This document shows positions 28,966-37,555 of a DNA stretch of 40,360 nt, in pieces. Origin of the DNA: Verrucomicrobiota bacterium. Lineage in GTDB: Bacteria > Verrucomicrobiota > Verrucomicrobiia > Limisphaerales > CANJXF01. Both the position numbers and the translations under genes were made by a program. Where the stretch lies: contig JBBQRQ010000046.1 of NCBI GenBank assembly GCA_038214755.1, positions 1 through 40,360 on the forward strand, in the 5' to 3' direction. The notes under the pieces are model-generated. The model saw only the letters and a list, made by a program, of their open reading frames with translations, had not been told where the DNA came from and did no database searches. Position 1 is the first letter of the stretch, and each line of letters starts with the position of its first letter.

Positions 28966-31900
28966 ATTCGTACTCGCGGATATGTTGTCGTTGACCGTCA
29001 CAGGATTTCCCGTGCCGACAATGTTGGTCAGCGTCGTCCACGTGGCCGCCGTCAAGGCATTTTTATATTCGATGATATGCAGAGCGCGGTTGATGGTTGA
29101 GATATTGAAACTAAAGGTTGAATCATTTGCGGAAGGGTTGTGGAGAGAGAAATCCGGAGGAGGGAAATCCAACGGAATGATGTCAATGAAGTTTATCTTG
29201 TTATTATTTCCTCCGGCGGCGGTGCCGCTGTTTCCTCCGGTGGTGAGAGTAAGATTCCCATCGGCCAATGCCACGCTTTGAGTCCCTTCCACCCAGTGCG
29301 ACAGGTTGGGAAGTGAGTTGGAATCAAAGCTCGCATCGTGGAAAGGCGTTCCATCCACCACGAGCACTCCTTCGACGGTGATCTTGAACACGCTGTCAAT
29401 CGCAGTGGCATCCCCCGAAACGGCGTGGACCGAGTAGTTGCCGTTGGGCAAGGTAATTTCCCAAATACCAATGGGCGATGACTTGTTAAAGTGAGTAAAG
29501 GTCGCGTAGCGCAGGTCTGGGGGCACGGCCGTGTTAGGCGACGAATTTATAGCTGGGTTATTAGATCGGGAATCCTGATTCATGCTCTTATTCCAACCAT
29601 AACTGAAGCCGTTACCCCGATCACCGAATGGCACACTCGTATCGGGTAAATAGCCCGCTGGCGTCACATTGTTTGTGATCTGGAAGTTAACTCGCACTGG
29701 CATTCCTGGCAGGTACGTGCCGACATGGAAGCTCCATTGATTGGTCTGCAAATTACCGGAAGTGTCACCATAAATGATCTGGACAGTGTAGTTCGACCGG
29801 GTCAGGAAAAAGGTGGCTGGCAGATAAGTAACGCTCGCTCCATTCCCTGTTGGGGTGATGGTGGCGGAACTTGTAACGTTCGAACCATTGATCTTCAAGA
29901 TAATCGAACCGAGCGAAACGGGCGTGGAACCATTTTGAATCGTGATTCTAACATCCGATTGCGGCGGAACATTGGATGCATTCAGGCCCGGGGAGAACTG
30001 TGCGAGAGTCGGCAACGCGACGCCATTGAATGGTTGGAAAAGAATAAAATTAACATTTGCATCATCGCCCGCGCCAGCGTTTACCGAGGTGAGCCGGAGT
30101 GTCTGCTCTCCGCTGAGATTGAGGAGCAGGGGCGTGCCGAACGCATCGACCAGCGGTTTATAGGTATGAATGTCTTTGGTCGCGCCTAGTGGAACATTAA
30201 AGACTCCGAGGGAAACTGTAGTCTGGTTAGGCTGCTTGCGATCACTCGTCACCCGTGATAGTTGGAATTGCATGGCTGCCCTGGCCCCCACCCTTAGATA
30301 GACAAGATAATTTGTGGCAGGGAATATATGGGTGTAGTTGCACCATTCCCCGGCTTGAATCTTTTCCAGAGTGTAGTCTGGCACGACTGAATTGGTATAG
30401 GCTGGGCGGTAGTATTCAGCCGAGGGAATGGTGCGCGTATCCATACTGTCACAAAAGCGGTATTCACTGAGAGTTACCGGAGAGGTCAAGTCCAGATAAT
30501 CCACCCCGGGGGTTGAAGCTCCACTCGCGTCCACGTTTCCAGAGCGGTCCACGTAGCCTCCGACTTCATTTGTGTAAACCATGGCTGTTATGCCATAGGT
30601 GGATGGAACAGGATTCTGCAAATACCCGTCCGTGGTGTGGTTAGTCCGAGCGACTGCGCACAAATTAGTGGGGCCGAAGTTGTAGTTCTCCGCTTCGATC
30701 ACCGTCACGTCGGCTTCGACGAAGGTATCAAAGGAGAAGGAGTTTGTCGCCTTACGGCCAGCTCCGTCAGCGACGATAATGGTGCCGTCATAAATCGTGT
30801 TGATCGCCAGATTGGTGACAGTTACCGTTCGGTTAGTGTCGGTATCAGCGCCGCTAAGCACCAGACCAGAGATATTGGTTCCATTTAAATTTACGACGAC
30901 GCCGCTTGCGGGGATGGTGTTAGTGGGTCCGACAGTTAATACGGTAAAGGACATACCAGAAGCGGCTGGATGATGGATGGCTCTGGTCGCCGGGCTATTC
31001 TGCGTGATTCTGGATGGATAATCATTGAACGGCAAACGATTGATCGTGACGTTATCGATCGAAAAAATGTTGGTTTCGGTGGCGGCTGGTTGCACCGTCC
31101 GTGTGCTGGTTCGGGATGCGAAATATAAGATAGTTGCATTCGTGCGGTCGTTTTCGCTCGTGGTATTAACAAAATTTCGCCAGCGCAAGGATTGGGTGGT
31201 AAAGGTGTTAGTTCCGTCCGTGACGCTACCGATATAGGTCTTGGTGGTGGGGTCGGTGATGATTTTGAAGTGATAATTTCTCCCGATCACAAATGCCGGC
31301 GCGGCCGCATTGGTAAAAAGTCCTGCACTTTCGCTGCTACTGGTCGCGCTTCCTTCATAAAAATTCCACCTGGCTGCCTTCCCTAGAGGCAAGCTGCTAT
31401 CATTGGCGCCCATCGCCTTGATAAAGAAAGTGGATCGGTTATCGGAACTACTGATGCTGATATTGGGTCGTCCAGCAATGGTGACATTATCGCTGGTGCT
31501 GGTAAAGCCGCTGGCGGGAAGCCAACTATCCACCCGGTAATCAAACTCGATGATGTGAGTATAGACGACGTCGAGATCGGCAAATGAAGTGTATTTCCGT
31601 CGGATCAGATTATTGTCGCCGTTGGCAAAACCCACGTTCAGATAATTGTTTCCTCCGTTGGTTACGGGCGTTGTATTGATAACTTGAGGCCCCACTGTGA
31701 TAAAGCCGTTGCCGCCAGCGTTAGAACCAAGGGCAGTTGTCCATGTGTCTGCCCATCCATTTTGGACGCTTCCGGGATATCCATCGCCCGGATCGCCCGT
31801 TTCAAAGTTATTGGTCACCTGGGCCAAGCCTGTGGTAGCGAACGTTCCCACGAGCAAGGCGCCCAGGAGCATCCTTTTCAGCAAGCGCTCAGTTGGGATG

Positions 31901-32001
31901 ACAGGTTGCGGTGCTCGGTGGTTAACTGATTCTTGTGGTTTTTTCATAGATGCTGTTGATGTTCTGCGTTGTGCCATAAAGATTTTTCTCGGGTGATACA
32001 T
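28939..32001 (-). CDS. Large secreted beta-rich protein (paralog A)
   Basis: Collinear with 25114..28026; signal peptide RMLLGALLVGTFATTGLA; ends FYRMRIP; exact start uncertain (32001 or a downstream ATG such as 31947). Confidence 0.82.
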   Translation of the reverse strand: MYHPRKIFMAQRRTSTASMKKPQESVNHRAPQPVIPTERLLKRMLLGALLVGTFATTGLAQVTNNFETGDPGDGYPGSVQNGWADTWTTALGSNAGGNGFITVGPQVINTTPVTNGGNNYLNVGFANGDNNLIRRKYTSFADLDVVYTHIIEFDYRVDSWLPASGFTSTSDNVTIAGRPNISISSSDNRSTFFIKAMGANDSSLPLGKAARWNFYEGSATSSSESAGLFTNAAAPAFVIGRNYHFKIITDPTTKTYIGSVTDGTNTFTTQSLRWRNFVNTTSENDRTNATILYFASRTSTRTVQPAATETNIFSIDNVTINRLPFNDYPSRITQNSPATRAIHHPAASGMSFTVLTVGPTNTIPASGVVVNLNGTNISGLVLSGADTDTNRTVTVTNLAINTIYDGTIIVADGAGRKATNSFSFDTFVEADVTVIEAENYNFGPTNLCAVARTNHTTDGYLQNPVPSTYGITAMVYTNEVGGYVDRSGNVDASGASTPGVDYLDLTSPVTLSEYRFCDSMDTRTIPSAEYYRPAYTNSVVPDYTLEKIQAGEWCNYTHIFPATNYLVYLRVGARAAMQFQLSRVTSDRKQPNQTTVSLGVFNVPLGATKDIHTYKPLVDAFGTPLLLNLSGEQTLRLTSVNAGAGDDANVNFILFQPFNGVALPTLAQFSPGLNASNVPPQSDVRITIQNGSTPVSLGSIILKINGSNVTSSATITPTGNGASVTYLPATFFLTRSNYTVQIIYGDTSGNLQTNQWSFHVGTYLPGMPVRVNFQITNNVTPAGYLPDTSVPFGDRGNGFSYGWNKSMNQDSRSNNPAINSSPNTAVPPDLRYATFTHFNKSSPIGIWEITLPNGNYSVHAVSGDATAIDSVFKITVEGVLVVDGTPFHDASFDSNSLPNLSHWVEGTQSVALADGNLTLTTGGNSGTAAGGNNNKINFIDIIPLDFPPPDFSLHNPSANDSTFSFNISTINRALHIIEYKNALTAATWTTLTNIVGTGNPVTVNDNISASTNRFYRMRIP

Positions 32002-32309
32002 TATTATCTACCTGCTTATTCTTTCCTTGTCTTGGTTTTTCGGGCGATTTCAGTTGACGTTGCGGGCGAAGACTCGGCAACCGGTCCCGGACAAGAATAG
32101 GGAACCGGCGCGGGATTGGTAACAAGCCCAAAGTTTTCGACGGAAGAATAATATAAATATAACAGGCAAAACTCCCCACCCTGGCAGGCTTCCGTCATCC
32201 CTGTTATCAAATATGTGAGAATTTCGGATACAAACCACCGGCTACTCGCGCGCCACGCTGGCCAGCGCCATCATCCGCTCGACCCACGCCATCACCGACC
32301 GCTTCCCCG

Positions 32310-32786
32310 ATGAGTGCGCGCTTGGCGGTGGATGGGCTTGATGCCATCGCGTGGGCGGTGAATCCGCAACTCGACACAGTTGGCAACCTGGCAGATTACC
32401 TGAGCGAGTACGCTCCCGATTATCTCAATGCGGCCGCCACCGAATGCTGCCTGGACATCAAGGTGGAATCCCCGAACCGTCCGCTGGCCATCACTGTCCG
32501 GCACGCCGCACTGATGGCGGTCAAAGAGGCGCTCCAAAACGTAGTCCGGCACGCGGGCGCCACCACTGTCTGGGTCTCATTGCGCGATGCCCAAGACGAG
32601 GTGGAGATCTCAGTCACCGACGATGGGCGTGGCATTTCCAACCGGCCCGTGAGCGTCAGTCACAGCGGCCTCGAAAGCATGCGGCAACGGCTTTCGGAAG
32701 TCGGCGGCCATTGCAAGGTTGTTGCGCGTGAAGGCGGCAGTGGCACGTGTGTCCTGCTTGCTATTCCGACGAACAAACGGAACTGA
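32310..32786 (+). pseudogene. C-terminal fragment of a NarX/HisKA_3-type sensor histidine kinase
   Basis: LDAIAWAVNP..D, KEALQNVVRHAGA, DDGRG, GLESMRQR; no H-box (RDLHD) or sensor region upstream in frame. Confidence 0.75.
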
Positions 32787-32814
32787 AACGATTTTCAACC
32801 CCGCGATCCCAACC

Positions 32815-33489
32815 ATGTCAATCGGAGTCAGCATTGTTGAAGACAATCGCCTTTTGGCGACGGAACTGGAGAAGTGCATTGCGCGCACAGCGGGGTTCGA
32901 ATGCACCGGCGTTTTTTCCACTGCGGAAGAAGTATTGCAGGTTCTACCGGGAGACCCGCCGGACGTTCTGGTTGTGGATTTAAGGCTTCCCGGCATGAGC
33001 GGGGTGGAGTTGATTCGCCGGTTGAAGATGGTTTGCCCCGAACTGCAATGCCTTGTCCTGACGATGTATGCCGAGAGCGACCTGATCTTTGAAGCCCTCT
33101 CCGCCGGAGCTTGCGGTTACTTGCTCAAGCGCACCAAACCGGCCGAAATCGCCGCGGCCATCCGGCAGATTCATGCCGGCGGCTCGGTGATGACTCCACG
33201 CATCGCGCGCCGGGTTCTCGAACTGTTCGCCAACCTTCGCCCCAATGATGCAGTCCCCTCCGATCTCGCACAACTCACCGACCGTGAAAAAAGCGTCCTG
33301 CAAAGCATGGTCGAAGGTCACACCCGCAAGAAAATCGCGTCCGATCTCGACATCAATCCCCACACCCTGAACTACGTCGTCCGTTGCATCTATCGAAAAC
33401 TTCACGTCAACAGTGTGGCCGCTGCGGTTTCGACCGCTCTGCGTGAGGGCATGGTTTCGCCAAAGAAAAGGCTCCCGTCCGCTCCCTGA
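32815..33489 (+). CDS. NarL/LuxR-family response regulator
   Basis: IVEDN, PDVLVVDLRLPGMSG, VLTM, GACGYLLK, LTDREKSVL, IYRKLHV; start MSIGV. Confidence 0.92.
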   Translation: MSIGVSIVEDNRLLATELEKCIARTAGFECTGVFSTAEEVLQVLPGDPPDVLVVDLRLPGMSGVELIRRLKMVCPELQCLVLTMYAESDLIFEALSAGACGYLLKRTKPAEIAAAIRQIHAGGSVMTPRIARRVLELFANLRPNDAVPSDLAQLTDREKSVLQSMVEGHTRKKIASDLDINPHTLNYVVRCIYRKLHVNSVAAAVSTALREGMVSPKKRLPSAP

Positions 33490-33618
33490 CCATCATCCCC
33501 GCACAGAGAGTGCAGGGTTATGGAATCAACCGGAACCAATCCCGGCCCGTCTCACGTAACGGTTGGTTTTCAGCGTTTCTGGCTTTTCTTCACAGAATTT
33601 CTCCGCAAAATTTCGGCG

Positions 33619-35019
33619 ATGACTCTTGAAGGATTGCCGCTTCTCACCCCAGAAATCGCTCCCGTGCTGGATGCGGATTTTCGCCCGGCTGTTTTAGCTA
33701 ACCGAAATTTCCGCGAGCAAGTTCGCGCCTCGAAAAATTCCACAACCGCGCGGATCGCGCTCGAACAAGCAGACGAGTCCGTTTTTCATTTCACCACGGA
33801 AATTTTTTCTGAAGAAGATTCCCGCGCGGCTGGCAACTTCATTTACGTTGAGCGCATCCTGAAATTTCTTCTTTGGGGCTGGGGCGGGTTCCGCGTTTAT
33901 TTCGATGGCCCAAAAGTAATCGGCGATAAATTACAAAATCATTTTCGCGAAACGACCACGGGAAAATTCGACGCGGAAATAATGGGTGAACGGATTTACG
34001 AACGTCCGTTTGAGATTGTTCTGACGAAGGATATTCCTCCCGTACGTCAGGCCACCGCCGCTCTCGGTCGTCATCTGGACGGTTGCCGTATCGGTTTTGA
34101 TTTAGGCGGCAGCGACCGAAAGTCCGCTGCCGTGATCGACGGCCAGGTTGTTTTCAGCGATGAAGTTGTTTGGGACCCTTACCATCAACCTGACCCGCAA
34201 TATCATTTCGATGGCGTGATGGATTCGTTGAAGAAGGCGGCGGCGCACTTGCCCCGCGTGGATGCGATTGGCGGGAGCGCGGCGGGTGTGTATGTGAACA
34301 ATCGCGTGAAAGTCGCTTCACTTTTTCGCGGTGTGCCCAAAGAGGTTTTTGAATCGCGCGTGAAAAATCTTTTCCTCGAAATAAAAAAACTCTGGAACGA
34401 TGTGCCCTTTGAAATTGTGAATGATGGCGAAGTCACCGCGCTGGCCGGATCAATGTCGCTCGGAAAAAATGCCGTGCTCGGCTTGGCGATGGGCACGAGT
34501 CAGGCGGGCGGCTACGTGACGCGCGAAGGAAATATCACGACCTGGCTCAACGAACTCGCCTTCATGCCCGTCGATTACAATCCCGAGGCGGCGCGGGACG
34601 AGTGGAGCGGCGACTACGGTTGCGGCGTCCAATATTTTTCGCAACAAGCCGTGGCGCGACTTATTCCCGCAGCGAAGATTCAAGTCGCTGCTGAATTGAC
34701 GTTCGCCGAAAAATTGCAGGAGGTTCAGCGCTTGATGGAACGAAACGATGAACGCGCCGAAAAAATTTATCAAACCATCGGAACCTATCTTGGCTACGGC
34801 GTGGCGCACTACGCCGATTTCTACGACATTGAAAACGTGCTGATTCTGGGACGAGTCACGAGTGGAAACGGCGGCGACATTATTCTCAATGGAGCGAAGG
34901 AAGTTTTGCGAATCGAATTTCCAGAATTGTCCGCGAAAATTTCCTTTCACGTTCCCAGCGAAAAAGAAAAACGTCATGGTCAAGCCATTGCGGCTGCGAG
35001 TTTGCCGAAAATTTGTTAG
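33619..35019 (+). CDS. ROK family protein (putative sugar kinase)
   Basis: IGFDLGGSDRK, NDGEVTALAG, AMGTSQAGGY, NELAF; likely start MTLEG. Confidence 0.8.
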   Translation: MTLEGLPLLTPEIAPVLDADFRPAVLANRNFREQVRASKNSTTARIALEQADESVFHFTTEIFSEEDSRAAGNFIYVERILKFLLWGWGGFRVYFDGPKVIGDKLQNHFRETTTGKFDAEIMGERIYERPFEIVLTKDIPPVRQATAALGRHLDGCRIGFDLGGSDRKSAAVIDGQVVFSDEVVWDPYHQPDPQYHFDGVMDSLKKAAAHLPRVDAIGGSAAGVYVNNRVKVASLFRGVPKEVFESRVKNLFLEIKKLWNDVPFEIVNDGEVTALAGSMSLGKNAVLGLAMGTSQAGGYVTREGNITTWLNELAFMPVDYNPEAARDEWSGDYGCGVQYFSQQAVARLIPAAKIQVAAELTFAEKLQEVQRLMERNDERAEKIYQTIGTYLGYGVAHYADFYDIENVLILGRVTSGNGGDIILNGAKEVLRIEFPELSAKISFHVPSEKEKRHGQAIAAASLPKIC

Positions 35020-35091
35020 CGTGACCACATGAACAAACCTCCACTGGCCTCGCTCCTTTTGGCGTTTTTTGGACAGAAGGGGGTCCCGCTG

Positions 35092-36408
35092 TTATTCCAA
35101 GGCCGCGTCCAGCGCGCGGTTTTTTTTATGAGCAGCATGGACATACCAGATGACCACGATCATAGTTAACAGAAAGGCTATGCTCATGCCGAGGGTTAGG
35201 AGGTTGGCATTACGTATGCCGGTTTGAAAATCCTTACCTTTGATGAGTTGGCCGATGACTTCCTCCTGAACTATAGGGCCAATGCTACCTAAGCCGTTGA
35301 CAATCCCCGCGACCGCAACGCCGTTACGTTCGCCTGCAACCTGAATGGAAGCCGCTCCCGACAAAATGGTGTCGGGGCCATAAATCATAAAGCCAACGAG
35401 GCCGAAGCATATTGCCAGGAGGTAGGGATTGCCGCCGAACTTAACTACCATCAAGTAACCTAGCACCATACCAAGTCCCATTACGAAACAAAGGATTTGC
35501 CATTGGCCGCGAAACCATCTGTCCAATACCCAGCCAGCGGTGATCGCTCCAGCCAGACCGGCGAAATCAAAGATGCCAGAATAGTAGGAAGCGCGTCCAA
35601 CATCCATCCCTTGCAAGTTAAGAAAGGTAGGCAACCACGAGTCCAAAGCGTAGCGAAGAAATTTAATTGAAAAGTAACTGGTTCCCATGATGAGCACCAC
35701 TGGATTGAAGGCAAGGCGCAGATACTGACGCATCGTAATTTGTTCCGAGGTAGAAGCGCGCACGGTGCGGTTGTCGGCCAAGTGGTTGTTTACAATCGGG
35801 GCGAGGCCCACGTCCTGAGGTTTGTTTCGCTGCCAGAAATAGACCACCCACCAGACTGCGATGGTCAAAAGGGTGCAGCCGAAGAAAGCATAGCGCCATC
35901 CATAGGCGGCAAGGAGGTAACCGCCAATACCTTTCACCAGCATGTTACCAACGAGGTAGTTCGTGGTCCAGACACCCATGATCCGACCTCGCTCTTTCGG
36001 GCGCAACCATTCCGCAATGCTTCCGATACAACCGGGCCAACCTGCGGCCTGCGCCAATCCGTTGACGAACATAAATACCAAAAAGGTCCAATAGGAATTC
36101 GCGAACCCGAAGATGATGTTGATGATAATGGAAAGACCAAGACCGCCCAACACCAGCACGCGCGGCCCCCACTTGCGTCCCATCCAACTGTTCAGAAACT
36201 GGCCGAGCATGTAGGCCACGAGGTAGGTCGTCCAGATGTGGGCGATTTGGTCGAGGCCTACGTGGAATTCTTTTGCCAGAGGTGTTTTGCAAATGGTGAA
36301 GACCTTCCTGGTCAGATAGAATCCGGCATAAGCGAAGTAGGTGGAAAGCAAGATGCGCCAACGCCACGAAAGTTGTTCGCGCGTTAAAGGTTCAGAATCA
36401 GTAACCAT
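35092..36408 (-). CDS. MFS transporter, GlpT/UhpC (organophosphate:Pi antiporter) family
   Basis: YAGFYLTRK.F, NGLAQAAGWPG, W..PKERG..MGVW, KFLRYA..SWLP, IYGP; many hydrophobic segments. Confidence 0.88.
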   Translation of the reverse strand: MVTDSEPLTREQLSWRWRILLSTYFAYAGFYLTRKVFTICKTPLAKEFHVGLDQIAHIWTTYLVAYMLGQFLNSWMGRKWGPRVLVLGGLGLSIIINIIFGFANSYWTFLVFMFVNGLAQAAGWPGCIGSIAEWLRPKERGRIMGVWTTNYLVGNMLVKGIGGYLLAAYGWRYAFFGCTLLTIAVWWVVYFWQRNKPQDVGLAPIVNNHLADNRTVRASTSEQITMRQYLRLAFNPVVLIMGTSYFSIKFLRYALDSWLPTFLNLQGMDVGRASYYSGIFDFAGLAGAITAGWVLDRWFRGQWQILCFVMGLGMVLGYLMVVKFGGNPYLLAICFGLVGFMIYGPDTILSGAASIQVAGERNGVAVAGIVNGLGSIGPIVQEEVIGQLIKGKDFQTGIRNANLLTLGMSIAFLLTMIVVIWYVHAAHKKNRALDAALE

Positions 36409-36435
36409 GTTGTTTTCGTCTTGACGGTAATAACG

Positions 36436-37533
36436 TCAAGGCATTTTGAAGGCATTCGTCACGGGTTTGCCAATCCAGCATTCCGGCGGTTGAAGTCCAA
36501 AAATATAGGCGACCGTGGCAGCCGTATCGTAGGTGTTGACTGGTTTTTTAATTTCTTTACCAATGGCAATTCCAGGTCCGTGAATAATCCAAGGGATTTC
36601 AAGCTCCGCCATGGTTGCTCCACCGTGACCTTTGTTTACTCCCCCGTGGTCGGCAGTAATCAGGAGAACCGTGCTGTTCCAAATGCCAGTGTCTTTCAGT
36701 CCTTGAATCACATTGCCAATGAGTTTGTCCGCTACTTCGACTGAGGCAAAATACTCGGGTGTTCCATGTCCGTATTGATGGCCGGCATGATCTACGTGAT
36801 CGAGATGAATGAAGATGAACGTTGGTTTTTTCTGTCGGATATAAGTCACGGCGTGTTGCACGGCATTGGTTGGACCATCGCTGTCTTCCAGAAGGTCCGG
36901 CGCCTTTCTTTCCAACAGCCGACCAAACCCATCCCAATCATGAAAGCAAGCGATGATCGATGTAGGCCGTTGTTCACGCAAGACACCGAAGATAGTAGGG
37001 AAAATACCACCTGAACCAATGGCGGTGGGCGGGATTTCAAATTTGTTGGTCTGCCAATCGTTAGAAGTAACACCGTGCTGCTCGGGTCCGGCACCCATAA
37101 TCATAGAAGCCCAGTTCGGGCTGCTGACGGTCGGCATTACCCCGCGCGCGTGCATGGTGTAAGCACCTTCCTTCATGAGTTGATTCATGATAGGCGTTTT
37201 GGCTTTCTGAATACCGTTAGGACTCATGCCGTCGCAACCGATGATAACGACATGCTCCGCGACAGGCACGGCAGCGAGAACGGGCGATTCCAATCCGCTG
37301 AACAGAATGACAAGGGCCAATGTTGGAAGCGCGAAATCCGAAATCCGAATCCCCGAGATCCGAAAGAAATCCGAAATCCGAATACCGAGAACGACTTCCC
37401 GCCAGCGCCCCGAAAAGCGCTTTGCTACCCGCGCAGTCGCACAACTCCGTAGGCCTTCGGATTTCGGACTTCTTTCGGATTTCGGATTTCGATATTCGGC
37501 TTTGGTGTTAGGAAGCGGTTGAAGATTTCTCAT
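36436..37533 (-). CDS. Alkaline phosphatase superfamily (nucleotide pyrophosphatase/phosphodiesterase-like) secreted enzyme
   Basis: HVVIIGCDG, PTVSSPNWAS, DHVDHAGH, TADHGG, HGG; likely start MRNLQ at 37533, 22 nt after the upstream gene. Confidence 0.85.
   Translation of the reverse strand: MRNLQPLPNTKAEYRNPKSERSPKSEGLRSCATARVAKRFSGRWREVVLGIRISDFFRISGIRISDFALPTLALVILFSGLESPVLAAVPVAEHVVIIGCDGMSPNGIQKAKTPIMNQLMKEGAYTMHARGVMPTVSSPNWASMIMGAGPEQHGVTSNDWQTNKFEIPPTAIGSGGIFPTIFGVLREQRPTSIIACFHDWDGFGRLLERKAPDLLEDSDGPTNAVQHAVTYIRQKKPTFIFIHLDHVDHAGHQYGHGTPEYFASVEVADKLIGNVIQGLKDTGIWNSTVLLITADHGGVNKGHGGATMAELEIPWIIHGPGIAIGKEIKKPVNTYDTAATVAYIFGLQPPECWIGKPVTNAFKMP
37332..37499. repeat. Inverted arrays of the CGAAATC/GATTTCG heptamer (palindromic repeat element) within the CDS
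   Basis: CGAAATCCGAAATCCGAAT...CGAAAGAAATCCGAAATCCGAA (37332-37389) versus TTCGGATTTCGGACTTCTTTCGGATTTCGGATTTCG (37456-37499). Confidence 0.85.
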
Positions 37534-37555
37534 AGTAAATCGTCGGTGGAGAACT

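Noticed and set aside
35029..35090. Signal-peptide-like start MNKPPLASLLLAFFG after the ROK gene
   Set aside because: Could be a truncated gene but is too short to support; it runs into the convergent MFS gene
37332..37499. Heptamer repeats as a CRISPR array
   Set aside because: No fixed-length repeat-spacer periodicity and no cas genes; it is an inverted heptamer element
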